From positions 1-55,126 of the IMG/VR virus record IMGVR_UViG_3300048672_000495: 55,126 bases of DNA; one strand, written 5' to 3'. The notes under the pieces are model-generated. The model made no database searches. It was given only the letters and a program-made list of their open reading frames with translations, and was not told the DNA's origin. The stretch comes from a virus. Lineage: Duplodnaviria; Caudoviricetes. The position numbers and the translations under genes were made by a program. Shown here piece by piece: positions 6,605 to 15,660 of this stretch (positions are counted from its first letter, which is position 1; every line of letters begins with the position of its first letter).

Positions 6605-7438
6605 TCATAGCACTAGTGCCTCAATCTCATTAGTTCCGACATTGTCGGTTTTCCAAAACTTACCAGTCAATGGCTCTGTAACTGTAAGTCCAGCCCAACT
6701 GTGCCGATCTACAGCAAATGCCATAGTATCAATATTGGTTTGGCCGATTACTGTAGTTGGCATACGTACTGGTGTATGTCCACTAAAGATGTGTGACAGT
6801 TTATCATTAAAGAAATCTGTTACTGCATGTTTAGACAGAATCGCTTTGTGTAGAATACCATGTTGCTTACTAACTTCTTTTGCAAAAAGTTCCGCAAACA
6901 TTTCCCTACCCCACAAAAGCCCGTGCCCATCTCTACAAACACGACTAGCAATATCTTTAAAGTTAGTAACTAGACTTTCATCAGTAATAACTTCATCTTC
7001 TTTGCCAAGAATTTCAGCATGAATAACGTGAAATTTCTTTCCATTACTCATATTTACTGTAATTAGCCAAGGGAGTTTCTCTACTATTGGTAGAAGAAGG
7101 TCAACAACATCGTGTTTTTCTTCATCGTTCACAAATTCAAACCAGTTTCCACCGTTTCTGAACCACCAGGCACCAGTAGGTCCACCAGTTAGAAAGTCTT
7201 CCATTAGTTGTTCGTGGTTGCTTTTTACACAGTGAAACCAGGGTTCAAGCAGTAGACTCAAACACCTAAAACTGTGTGGGCCTCTATCAACTAGATCACC
7301 CACCGAAAACATACGATCTTTTTCAAAATCAAATCCTACGTGTCCCATAAACCCAACTAGCAGTTCATGTGATCCGTGTAGGTCCCCACACACAAAGTCT
7401 CTACCTTGAGTGTTTACATCAAACGTTTTTATCTTCAT
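6605..7438 (-). CDS. Ser/Thr protein phosphatase (lambda NinI/PphA-like metallophosphoesterase)
   Basis: GDLHG, GDLVDRG, SNHE, IHA, GHTP, IDT motifs. Confidence 0.9.
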   Translation of the reverse strand: MKIKTFDVNTQGRDFVCGDLHGSHELLVGFMGHVGFDFEKDRMFSVGDLVDRGPHSFRCLSLLLEPWFHCVKSNHEQLMEDFLTGGPTGAWWFRNGGNWFEFVNDEEKHDVVDLLLPIVEKLPWLITVNMSNGKKFHVIHAEILGKEDEVITDESLVTNFKDIASRVCRDGHGLLWGREMFAELFAKEVSKQHGILHKAILSKHAVTDFFNDKLSHIFSGHTPVRMPTTVIGQTNIDTMAFAVDRHSWAGLTVTEPLTGKFWKTDNVGTNEIEALVL

Positions 7439-7532
7439 TATTTGTTTTAGTTAGCCAACAGATTAGCATACATCTTAGTACAAGTACTAAGAGTATCAGT
7501 ATTATTACTGTTATATATGCATAATCCATAAT

Positions 7533-7607
7533 TGGTACCACCAGTAGGAGTCGAACCTACGTCATTGGTTTAGGAAACCACAATACTTTCCGTTGTACTA
7601 TGGTGAT
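7533..7607 (-). tRNA. trnR: tRNA-Arg(CCU)
   Basis: cloverleaf, anticodon loop TTCCTAA, ACCA end. Confidence 0.9.
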
Positions 7608-7611
7608 ATAT

Positions 7612-7686
7612 TGGTCCTGCGTGAAAGAATCGAACTCTCATCTGAGGGGTAGAAACCGACTGTACTTTCCATTGTACTAACGCAAG
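7612..7686 (-). tRNA. trnR: tRNA-Arg(UCU)
   Basis: cloverleaf, loop TTTCTAC, ACCA end; two mismatches in anticodon stem. Confidence 0.82.
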
Positions 7687-7693
7687 AATTTAT

Positions 7694-8002
7694 TTAGTAA
7701 GGCATGCCAATTATAGGATAGAAAGCAGCGCGCTGAGTAGGATTCATAAAGAATTCCCATTCCTTATGTCCTTCGTCAAACAGTTCTATCGAATTAATAG
7801 ATACGGCTGACTCATCTTCGTATTCTTCATCTTCACATACTGAATCACCATATTCTTGAGAGAATTGCTCACGTTGGGTTTCTTCCATATAGTCTGCGGC
7901 TAGAATCTCAGCCTCTGTTTCGTTCTCAGCCCAAACCACTACATTCATCTGACCACCACACCAATGTGCGTTCTCGTAGTCAATTAGGTAACGTTGTTTC
8001 AT
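7694..8002 (-). CDS. hypothetical acidic protein
   Basis: 102-aa ORF, ATGA-coupled to upstream small ORF. Confidence 0.65.
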   Translation of the reverse strand: MKQRYLIDYENAHWCGGQMNVVVWAENETEAEILAADYMEETQREQFSQEYGDSVCEDEEYEDESAVSINSIELFDEGHKEWEFFMNPTQRAAFYPIIGMPY

Positions 8003-8133
8003 TTGTATTCGTTTGTTAGTATATCGAGTGGAATAACCTTTAATGCTTCTAGATACATCTCTTTATTAAAAAATACTTCGTTCTCCAAATCCTCTAGAAG
8101 TTGTATAATGTAATTAAATGTTGCTGCGTTCAT
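7999..8133 (-). CDS. small hypothetical protein (MNAATFNY..., 44 aa)
   Basis: hand-translated; ATGA overlaps at both ends. Confidence 0.5.
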   Translation of the reverse strand: MNAATFNYIIQLLEDLENEVFFNKEMYLEALKVIPLDILTNEYK

Positions 8134-8306
8134 ATTTCGTTTTTAAATAGTTTAATTAGCATATCTTTTCTATAATCTACTGGCATAGATGCATAAAGTG
8201 CTGAGCATCTAATAGCCTGTTCTTTGCTAAGCTCACCTTTTATGTTCATGAGCTCAAGAAGTTCTTCAGTAGCTTCAAGTGTATAATTAAATGTTGCGGG
8301 ATTCAT
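8130..8306 (-). CDS. small hypothetical protein (MNPATFNY..., 58 aa)
   Basis: hand-translated; GGAG RBS; N-terminus shared with 7999-8133. Confidence 0.55.
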   Translation of the reverse strand: MNPATFNYTLEATEELLELMNIKGELSKEQAIRCSALYASMPVDYRKDMLIKLFKNEI

Positions 8307-8468
8307 GTGTTACTCCAAATCTGTCCAATAATAAAACTACTTGCTAAAAATACCCAATATTCAAGGCTAAATATAGCGACTGGATGTAGTATTTGAAGTG
8401 TTGAAGTAAGTATTGCTGTTGAAAAGATTATTTTTGGTCCTTTTAGTGTTTCTGGTTTCATTTTATTT

Positions 8469-8543
8469 TGGTAGCTCCTGAAGGAATCGAACCCTCATCG
8501 CCAAGTTCGTAGCCTGGTGCATTCTCCGTTATACGAAGGAGCC
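8469..8543 (-). tRNA. trnR: tRNA-Arg(ACG)
   Basis: GGCTCCT/AGGAGCT acceptor, loop CTACGAA, ACCA end. Confidence 0.92.
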
Positions 8544-8678
8544 ATTGTTTAGTTAAAATGTTTTCCTGCCCAAAAATGTCCAATAATTGGCATATTAAAC
8601 TTCATATTGAACCAAATATCTCTATTTTTATAATCGAACTGGAATTTTTTAAAGTAATTTCTCTTTTGTTTCTTCATT

Positions 8679-8879
8679 TTAAGGTCCGTAAGCATCTAGA
8701 CAATACTTACAAATATCAAGTCCGTCTAAATCTTTATGCATTGACTTTTGCCATAGACCACAACAATTACATTGTTTGAGGTTAATTTCCAAGTCAGAAG
8801 TAAATTCTATCACACATTCACTACAACCTTCAAGTACAGTTTTTCTAGTGTTAAGTAGGGCTGACTCTAACGGTTTCAA
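8679..8879 (-). CDS. small Cys-rich (Zn-finger-like) protein
   Basis: CxxC x3; overlaps stop of upstream gene. Confidence 0.55.
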   Translation of the reverse strand: MKPLESALLNTRKTVLEGCSECVIEFTSDLEINLKQCNCCGLWQKSMHKDLDGLDICKYCLDAYGP

Positions 8880-9574
8880 CCTTTTTCCTCACGTTGCTCT
8901 AATTCTAATACTGCTAACAGATTCCAAATCATTTGAGCAAGATGCTTAGTATAAATACCATTTGGGCCATCATCATATACTTTACCAGATCCTAGCTGAA
9001 GCATATGCCTACCAAATGCATCCATATATCTATCTTTACCATCTGGTACAGTTAACCAACCATGCGCGGTATATTTCTTAGCTCCAGTAGTACCAACCTT
9101 AGCAACTTCTTCTAAAGCATTACTAAAATCACCTAGTACCAACCATGGACGCAACTTACCAGCATCAGCCTTCGATCCTGCTTCATTCAATGATTTGCCA
9201 TTAGGATCAGTCTCAATATATGTAATATTTTTAGGATCGTACGGAGTATGTGTTATAGTTGCACTACTAGCTTTAGGGTTATCAAGATGTATAACTCTTA
9301 CATAATTAGATCCTATAACTCCACCACAACTCATACTTGCAAGTTCTTCTGCAAATAATGGCTCAGCTACTTTTACTGGCTCAGGAAATGGCCATACAGC
9401 AGATTTACTCGCTTCTATTTCCTCATCAGGATAAGGCCAGGCCCAGTTATTTTCTGGTTTGCTAGTTGGGAAGGGCCATGGAAGTGAGGACTCATCCATA
9501 ATCGTAGGACGCACTACTTCTTTCTTACTAAATGCTTTTTTCCACAGTTGTTTTGCTTGAAAATCTTTTTTCAT
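8876..9574 (-). CDS. dATP/dGTP diphosphohydrolase (DUF5664-like) with N-terminal W-P-F-P repeats
   Basis: KADAGKLRPWLV..ALEEVAKVGTTGAKKY..W..RYMDAFGRH..HLAQMIWNLL. Confidence 0.75.
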   Translation of the reverse strand: MKKDFQAKQLWKKAFSKKEVVRPTIMDESSLPWPFPTSKPENNWAWPYPDEEIEASKSAVWPFPEPVKVAEPLFAEELASMSCGGVIGSNYVRVIHLDNPKASSATITHTPYDPKNITYIETDPNGKSLNEAGSKADAGKLRPWLVLGDFSNALEEVAKVGTTGAKKYTAHGWLTVPDGKDRYMDAFGRHMLQLGSGKVYDDGPNGIYTKHLAQMIWNLLAVLELEQREEKG

Positions 9575-9869
9575 GTCTTTCTTTTTATTTTAGAGAATCA
9601 GTATAGCTATCAAAATAATAACTATAATGATTCCCCCTAGATTGGGGGAATCCAGTAGGCATTGCACCCACCTTTACAGACCATAATTATCAGAATATAC
9701 TGAATTATGATCTACGACTAATGCCACCAGAATGGACTTCTATAGTCTACATGCTATAACGTTCAGGGATTCTAGTCCCCAATCATTTCCAATAGCATTA
9801 GAATTATTGGGTTGGTTCTTGGGTTTTTCTCCCGGTACGCGGTCAATATCCATAACACCGCATTTGAAT

Positions 9870-9967
9870 ATTATAGCACTTCGGGACTGTGAAATCAAAT
9901 GCAAATTTTTGAGGGTTGGCGCAGGCGAAAATATTCACTTGATTTTTTACCTCATTTAGCTTATAAT
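9870..9967. promoter_or_regulatory. divergent promoter pair
   Basis: minus TTGATT-17-TATAAT (9870-9898); plus TTGATT-17-TATAAT (9939-9967); gene orientation switches here. Confidence 0.85.
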
Positions 9968-9991
9968 ATACAACGACTGGAGATTTTATAG

Positions 9992-10276
9992 ATGAATAAT
10001 TTAATCAAAGAGTTGTCTACCCCACGACATACTAAAGATGGGACTCTTGTAGGTCCCACTAATTTAGATCGCAGAGCAGCCAATGCTATTAAGCAATTAA
10101 TGCTGGTTAATATTACGAATGATCTTGTGGTAAAGACTCTTACTAAGCAAAATCAAGAAATGCTTAGTGAACTTGAGGAATACCATAATGATAAAAATAC
10201 TACTACTAGTGATATTATTAGTATCGACGAGACCAATGCTGTCACAGACTCTACCCAACTCACCTTATTTGACTAA
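9992..10276 (+). CDS. hypothetical protein
   Basis: GGAGA RBS after promoter. Confidence 0.65.
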   Translation: MNNLIKELSTPRHTKDGTLVGPTNLDRRAANAIKQLMLVNITNDLVVKTLTKQNQEMLSELEEYHNDKNTTTSDIISIDETNAVTDSTQLTLFD

Positions 10277-10616
10277 AGACATTAAGTGTTTAGTTGATAC
10301 GGTTTATTATGAGGCAAGAGGTGAATCATTTAAAGGTCAAGTATTAGTTGCTAAAACAATACTCAACAGAGTATCTAATAAATATTATCCAAATACAGTT
10401 TGTGATGTTGTATATCAACCATACCAGTATTCATGGACACAAACAAAACAACAAGAACCACATCCAATTCTCTGGTACAGAGCACTTGATGCGGCTTATG
10501 CAGCACTCAGCTATAATTCTAAGGTAATGTACTTTCATACCAAAGATATTTCACCCGACTGGGCCCAATCAAAACAATTCCTTCTAGCTGAAGGTAACCA
10601 CATATTTTACAAATGA
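10188..10616 (+). CDS. cell wall hydrolase (SleB/Hydrolase_2)
   Basis: signal-like MIKILLLVILLV; CLVDTVYYEARGE..NRV..YPNTVCDVVYQPYQYSW..YFH..GNHIFY. Confidence 0.9.
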   Translation: MIKILLLVILLVSTRPMLSQTLPNSPYLTKDIKCLVDTVYYEARGESFKGQVLVAKTILNRVSNKYYPNTVCDVVYQPYQYSWTQTKQQEPHPILWYRALDAAYAALSYNSKVMYFHTKDISPDWAQSKQFLLAEGNHIFYK

Positions 10617-10858
10617 AATCCTGCCAAAATTGCATTTATTTTAAGTTAGATGTTGCATCTAAGTACTATGGTGGATATGCACCTAGTCCGCATATTTGTA
10701 TGCATGAAGCTGCTAGATATATTTCACAAAGTATTATTTATGAAGAAGTGTTAAACTATACTTGTGAAGGTATGCGTCAAAAACACGGCGATTGTGGACC
10801 AGAAGCAAAACTATTTAAACCAAAACTTTTTTATAAACTAAAAACCCTATTATCATGA
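10613..10858 (+). CDS. Cys-rich hypothetical protein
   Basis: CQNC..C..C..R..CGPEAKLF pattern; ATGA coupling. Confidence 0.65.
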   Translation: MKSCQNCIYFKLDVASKYYGGYAPSPHICMHEAARYISQSIIYEEVLNYTCEGMRQKHGDCGPEAKLFKPKLFYKLKTLLS

Positions 10859-11628
10859 GAATCCTACTTTATAGTGATCTCCATACTGAATTTTGGAGAA
10901 AAGAAGCCGAATTGAAGCCCCTGCTTCAGCTTGGCAAGGCTTGTGTAACCGACTCTGTGCGTTGCGACGTTGTTGTGCTCGCAGGAGATATCGCGTCTGG
11001 TCGTACCAATACTAAGAAAGTTCTGAAGCAGTTTGCCAATGCATATGCACACGTTGTGTATGTGCCAGGTAATCACGAATATTATGGTTCTGATATTGCT
11101 ACTTTTGATGATATTGGTGAACTTCCTAGTAACGTTTACCTTCTTAATCCGGGTAAAATGAGTATTAGTGACCGTGATGGTGATATTGTTACCTTCATTG
11201 GGGCTACTCTGTGGACTAATTTTCATTATGATGTAGTTGCTGAAATGGCAGCCAAGGATATGATTACTGACTTTAGGCTTATTAAAAACTTTAAGCCTAC
11301 TCACGCAATTGAACTGTATCGTAAACATATCGACTACATTAAGCATATGTATGAAACCACTCCTGGTAAAAAGGTAATTGTTACCCACTTCCTTCCAGCC
11401 TATGAATGCATTTCTAGAAGGTTTAGGGATGGTAATCTACTTAATAAGTATTTTGCTAACGAACTAGATAACTGGATTGCTAATCTAAGCAATACTACTT
11501 GGCTATTTGGCCATACTCATGATTCTATGGATCTCACTCTAGGTGATACTCGTCTAGTATGTAATCCGTATGGATATATGGGTAGTGAAACTAACCGTGA
11601 ATTTACTGATAAGGTAATTGTTGTATGA
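10855..11628 (+). CDS. calcineurin-like metallophosphoesterase
   Basis: SDLH, AGDI, PGNHEYY, VTHFLP, FGHTH, NPYGY. Confidence 0.9.
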   Translation: MRILLYSDLHTEFWRKEAELKPLLQLGKACVTDSVRCDVVVLAGDIASGRTNTKKVLKQFANAYAHVVYVPGNHEYYGSDIATFDDIGELPSNVYLLNPGKMSISDRDGDIVTFIGATLWTNFHYDVVAEMAAKDMITDFRLIKNFKPTHAIELYRKHIDYIKHMYETTPGKKVIVTHFLPAYECISRRFRDGNLLNKYFANELDNWIANLSNTTWLFGHTHDSMDLTLGDTRLVCNPYGYMGSETNREFTDKVIVV

Positions 11629-11810
11629 AGTATAATATTATTTTTCCAATATTTGCAGCACTGTTTACAATATTTACTGCATGGGCGGGTGGATTTGAGT
11701 TTCAGCGTGGTTATAATGCTGGAGTATTATGTGCAGTAACACTTGTAGTAAGTATTGTTACATATCTTATTGGTACAATATGTGATTATGAGGGAGATCA
11801 TGCACCATGA
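11625..11810 (+). CDS. small membrane protein
   Basis: two hydrophobic helices; ATGA coupling. Confidence 0.6.
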   Translation: MKYNIIFPIFAALFTIFTAWAGGFEFQRGYNAGVLCAVTLVVSIVTYLIGTICDYEGDHAP

Positions 11811-12295
11811 CCACACCACTAGAACTACTTAAACGTATCCGCCAATGGGACCACCTTGATGGAGCAGGCGACGGCCCGTTCTGGAAGAAGCAAATAGACG
11901 AATGTCTCGCAGCGCATGAAGCGCAAGCTTCAATACCAGATGAGACGATTATTGCCTACGCAATAGCGTTTGATGGGTTTCTACATGCTGATGGAAGGTT
12001 TGATTTCCCTAATACTAAACGTCTAACCCAGTTTTTCCGTGCTGTTACATCTCATAATAAACCCCCTATGCAAGTTAAAGATTTTCCATCTGTTAAAGAA
12101 GCTAAAAAATTAGCCCAACATCAATTAAAATTCTATAATGAAATGATGGGTAAAAAGAAAATAGCTACTCAAAAATCTACTGCTAAAACCTACGCAGATC
12201 AAGAACTAATTAAACAAATGCAACCATTCTACGAAGCGTTCATGCCACCAGAAGACATTCAACAACTTATGGACCACAGTGATGGACGAAACTAA
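11807..12295 (+). CDS. hypothetical protein
   Basis: 162-aa ORF, coupled. Confidence 0.6.
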   Translation: MTTPLELLKRIRQWDHLDGAGDGPFWKKQIDECLAAHEAQASIPDETIIAYAIAFDGFLHADGRFDFPNTKRLTQFFRAVTSHNKPPMQVKDFPSVKEAKKLAQHQLKFYNEMMGKKKIATQKSTAKTYADQELIKQMQPFYEAFMPPEDIQQLMDHSDGRN

Positions 12296-12446
12296 ACTAT
12301 CATTTCTAGACTACCTTAGGCTAATATTTAGTCTTAGAACCCAGTGTGCAGCAGAGCTTCCACTAGGAGATAATAGCTGCTTTTATTGTGTGCGTACTAA
12401 ATTTCATTTTGGTAAGCATCAAACCTTTCATGGAGATAAATTCTAA
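12282..12446 (+). CDS. small hypothetical protein (54 aa, C..C..C..H)
   Basis: hand-translated MDETKLSFLDY...; fills gap, TAATG coupling. Confidence 0.45.
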   Translation: MDETKLSFLDYLRLIFSLRTQCAAELPLGDNSCFYCVRTKFHFGKHQTFHGDKF

Positions 12447-12691
12447 TGCAAAAACTCCTGTGCAAAACTAAGGGATGCTCACGCCCAGCCCTATTCCAGA
12501 AAACTCATTGTACTATTCATGATTACTATGAGCCGGACCAATTTACTAATGAAGCTATGCGTAACTTCAGTTCCCCTATTATTCTTTCTGATCTAATCAA
12601 TAAAGTATTCGAGGCGGACAACATTACACCAAGCTTTGAATCCGGTTCTGGTGGTGATTTTGGAGGAGGAGGAGCAAGTGGTGACTACTGA
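12446..12691 (+). CDS. hypothetical protein with Gly-rich GGDFGGGGASGDY tail
   Basis: GGAGA RBS; tail resembles TPM-domain protein C-termini. Confidence 0.6.
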   Translation: MQKLLCKTKGCSRPALFQKTHCTIHDYYEPDQFTNEAMRNFSSPIILSDLINKVFEADNITPSFESGSGGDFGGGGASGDY

Positions 12692-12944
12692 TAGCTATAT
12701 TGCTAAAGCATCTCATATACTATTTCTAGCCGATACTATTTCTAGGAAAGATAGAGAACGAGACATTCCTACAGGTCAGCTCTGGAAGGACATTACTCAC
12801 TCGCACTGGCAAGCAGCTAGGCAAGAGCTTGTGGACTATGTTACCAAAGCTCTCATAGATGAATATGAAAAAGGTCTCAAAAACGGACTAGAAGAAGGTC
12901 TAAAAGACCTATTAAAACTACATGAACATAACAAACATAATTGA
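12678..12944 (+). CDS. hypothetical protein
   Basis: likely GTG start after GGAGGAG. Confidence 0.5.
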   Translation: MVTTDSYIAKASHILFLADTISRKDRERDIPTGQLWKDITHSHWQAARQELVDYVTKALIDEYEKGLKNGLEEGLKDLLKLHEHNKHN

Positions 12945-13158
12945 GCGTAAGTTCGTTAATGAAACATGGGCCGAGCTTCATCAAAAGAAGCTCGGCCTTT
13001 TTTCTACAACTGACCGAATTAGGTCTAAGAATATTACTACATTTGATCCTAACTCGAACAAATACACTACGCACGTTCAATGGTCCTATGTAGAAACTGG
13101 CAAGCCACTTAACAAAAAGCTAAATGAGGAAGTAAATGACTATTTCAAAAATAAATGA
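12922..13158 (+). CDS. hypothetical protein
   Basis: 78-aa ORF in operon. Confidence 0.5.
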   Translation: MNITNIIERKFVNETWAELHQKKLGLFSTTDRIRSKNITTFDPNSNKYTTHVQWSYVETGKPLNKKLNEEVNDYFKNK

Positions 13159-13312
13159 TGAGATGATAGATGGTATCATTATGAAACATCTAGGATATCT
13201 ACGTCCAGGTTCTGTGAGAATGTATAGGGATATAGTAATCGAATGCATTGCTGAAATCAATAAAGACGTTACTAAAATGATTAGAGAGATAGTAGCAGAT
13301 GAACTAGATTAA
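13136..13312 (+). CDS. small hypothetical protein (58 aa)
   Basis: hand-translated MTISKINDEM...; GAGGA RBS. Confidence 0.5.
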   Translation: MTISKINDEMIDGIIMKHLGYLRPGSVRMYRDIVIECIAEINKDVTKMIREIVADELD

Positions 13313-13323
13313 AGGGATAGACC

Positions 13324-13563
13324 ATGAAGATTACAAATTACAGAAATGAGGTCACTAAAGATGGCTTAGTGATAGCAGACGTTGATGTTACCAATTTCTT
13401 TAGCACTAAAACTAGGCAAATCTTTGCGAGTACTAGCCTAAAATTGCCGTCAGAAACCTGGTATTTCGTAGACAGTGGAGACAAGGTACTAGCATATGTC
13501 CCAGCATTACGGAACGCACATAGAGCAAGAATAATCTTAAGTGAAAGTGCTACGAAAAAATAG
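13324..13563 (+). CDS. hypothetical protein
   Basis: AAGGGA RBS. Confidence 0.6.
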   Translation: MKITNYRNEVTKDGLVIADVDVTNFFSTKTRQIFASTSLKLPSETWYFVDSGDKVLAYVPALRNAHRARIILSESATKK

Positions 13564-13565
13564 GC

Positions 13566-13594
13566 TTGTAATTGTTAAAAAAGTGTGTTACAAT
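13566..13594 (+). promoter_or_regulatory. sigma70-type promoter
   Basis: TTGTAA-17-TACAAT. Confidence 0.6.
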
Positions 13595-13623
13595 AATGTA
13601 TAAACAGAGGTTAATTAGCACAT

Positions 13624-13741
13624 ACATTGTTCAACCAGAATATTCGTTGAACCTAGGCTTCCGTTTTCGCGCAATTCTAATGTGGGAAACGGGGCTCAGA
13701 GCATAGGTTCAAACGAATTATTCGTAGGTTGGTAACAATGT
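13624..13741 (+). repeat. 118-nt imperfect rod-like inverted repeat followed by very AT-rich tract
   Basis: ACATTGTT..CAACC..ATTCGTT GAACCTA GGCTTCCGTTT ... AAACGGGGCT..TAGGTTC..AACGAAT..GGTTG..AACAATGT. Confidence 0.8.
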
Positions 13742-13995
13742 TCAAATAGCAGTATTATTTTATATATAATATAAGCAAAAATTAAAAGCTAAAATAGAAT
13801 ATTAATTAAGTAAATTATATAAGTTTGTTAAATTTGTATAATTGTATTAATCAAGTGCGTCGGGCTTTAAGTTTCTGAGAAAGTAATAGCGAACTGACCA
13901 CTTCTTCCCCCACCATGTCTAGCAAAAACAGACTAGAAAATATTCTAGTAAATTGAGTAAAATTGCTCGCGTAGCGAGCAGATTCTAGGATCAGA

Positions 13996-14790
13996 ATGTA
14001 TAGAGCAAAAATAATTAAAAACGATATAAAAACACTACCGTTTGAGGAAATTGTTAGTGTAGTAGAAATTGAACCATTTGTAACTAAATATGGAATTCAA
14101 AAATCGTGGTCCTGGTTAGGACCACAGCTATTTGCTCACTTAGGGGCGTATAAATTACCAGAACTAAAGAATGGTATGTATGATCCGGTAGAGTTTCTGA
14201 AGATTAATATTCGAGATAATTTCTTTGAAGAAGGACTATGGTACTTTCTAGTTAAGTCTAATAGAAGTATGCTCATGAAGGGCATGACTTCTCAAACACA
14301 CTTGCCCGTATGTTCACTAGTACCATTTTATTTAGCGGCTCAAAAACAATATAATAATATTAGCTACAGTTCCTGGGATCGTACTAAATTATCTATATTA
14401 GTAGATAAAAATCTAATGGATGTTATAGATACACCAAAAGTAGAGATAACAGCAGATGAAATTCTCTACGCTCGTGACCTAGGATCAGGTCAGTATGATC
14501 TTACAAGCTATAATAGATTGGTAGGTATAAAAGATACTGCGTTAGGTAAATTTAAGGCTATGACACAAGCTGTATTAGCACAAATTTGGTGTGCACATCC
14601 AGTAAATAGACATAAATACATGATACTAGACCCCTGGGACCTAGATTTAATGCCAGAACCATTAGTACCTTCAGAGGTACTAACATCTAGTTCCGTGACT
14701 TTACCATGGGAACAGAAATCTAGAACAAAAACTAGTAAAGAATCCAATAACACCCCCTTTATATTTCCATGGGAAAACGAAAATGTTTAA
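13996..14790 (+). CDS. hypothetical protein
   Basis: 264-aa ORF, AGGA RBS. Confidence 0.8.
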   Translation: MYRAKIIKNDIKTLPFEEIVSVVEIEPFVTKYGIQKSWSWLGPQLFAHLGAYKLPELKNGMYDPVEFLKINIRDNFFEEGLWYFLVKSNRSMLMKGMTSQTHLPVCSLVPFYLAAQKQYNNISYSSWDRTKLSILVDKNLMDVIDTPKVEITADEILYARDLGSGQYDLTSYNRLVGIKDTALGKFKAMTQAVLAQIWCAHPVNRHKYMILDPWDLDLMPEPLVPSEVLTSSSVTLPWEQKSRTKTSKESNNTPFIFPWENENV

Positions 14791-15082
14791 CTTATTCAAA
14801 ACGAAACCAGAAGAAAAAAAAGAAATTGTAACAGGTCCCCCTACAAGTATTACACCTGCACCAAAACTACCTGAGCCCCCAATGTGGACAGTCGGGCCAT
14901 CAAATGATGGTACACAAATAGTGTTGTGTATACAGCATGATTGTACAATCATTAGGATGTATATGAATGCAGAGGCTACGGAATCGTTGATTCAATCGCT
15001 TGATTCCCTTCTTCAGCCGATGTTGACCGTATTGCAAAAAAATTCGGTTTTAGAGCCATTTCCAACGATCGAAACAGCATGA
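14783..15082 (+). CDS. hypothetical protein
   Basis: 99-aa ORF overlapping neighbours. Confidence 0.6.
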   Translation: MFNLFKTKPEEKKEIVTGPPTSITPAPKLPEPPMWTVGPSNDGTQIVLCIQHDCTIIRMYMNAEATESLIQSLDSLLQPMLTVLQKNSVLEPFPTIETA

Positions 15083-15378
15083 AGTACGATAATGAAACTA
15101 CCAAGAAATTAGTTGCTGATTACGCCTCAGGCGTGTCAGTTGCGCTCCTTGCGGAGCAATTAGACGTCCCTGAGCGCTCTATAATTGCCAAACTGGCCTC
15201 ACTTGGTGTATACAAGAAGAAGGAATACCTTAATAAACAGGGTGAACCGCCCATAAAAAAGGAAGAATACGTCGAGCGTATTGCAAATTTGCTAAAAGTC
15301 AATGTAGAACTACTAGAATCTCTTGAAAAGGTCAATAAAAACGTCTTAAAGATGCTAGAAGACGCATTAACTTCCTAA
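15079..15378 (+). CDS. T5 A2/D3-like DNA-binding protein
   Basis: RSIIAKLASLGVY..LESLEK; paralog of 16999-17310 and 18110-18502. Confidence 0.7.
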   Translation: MKYDNETTKKLVADYASGVSVALLAEQLDVPERSIIAKLASLGVYKKKEYLNKQGEPPIKKEEYVERIANLLKVNVELLESLEKVNKNVLKMLEDALTS

Positions 15379-15383
15379 AACTC

Positions 15384-15420
15384 AAAAAGCCTCGTAATAT
15401 CACTATTACGAGGCTTTTTT
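15384..15420 (+). terminator. intrinsic (bidirectional) terminator
   Basis: AAAAAGCCTCGTAATA-TCAC-TATTACGAGGCTTTTT. Confidence 0.85.
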
Positions 15421-15621
15421 GCGTCGGAAGTCAACTGTGACTATTTTTTCATTCAAAACAGCCCAACCACAATAATTATGACCCAACCGCGCTAATTGCT
15501 TGCCGGAGGCAAGAGGCTGCGCCGCTTGGGGCGATTCGCTAAATTCTCACTTGACAAATCTGCTCAGCACTGGTAAAATTTGGCGCCGAAACAGACTTGT
15601 TACATTTTGTTACAATTGAGC

Positions 15622-15660
15622 AAAAACTAAACCCCCAGAATCCGAAGATTAAGGGGGTTA
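15622..15660 (-). terminator. intrinsic terminator ending the large ncRNA unit
   Basis: minus: AACCCCC..AATC TTCG GATT..GGGGGTT TAGTTTTT. Confidence 0.65.

Noticed and set aside
13624-14790. Retron (msd-like hairpin + RT)
   Set aside because: The adjacent protein has no YxDD or other RT motifs
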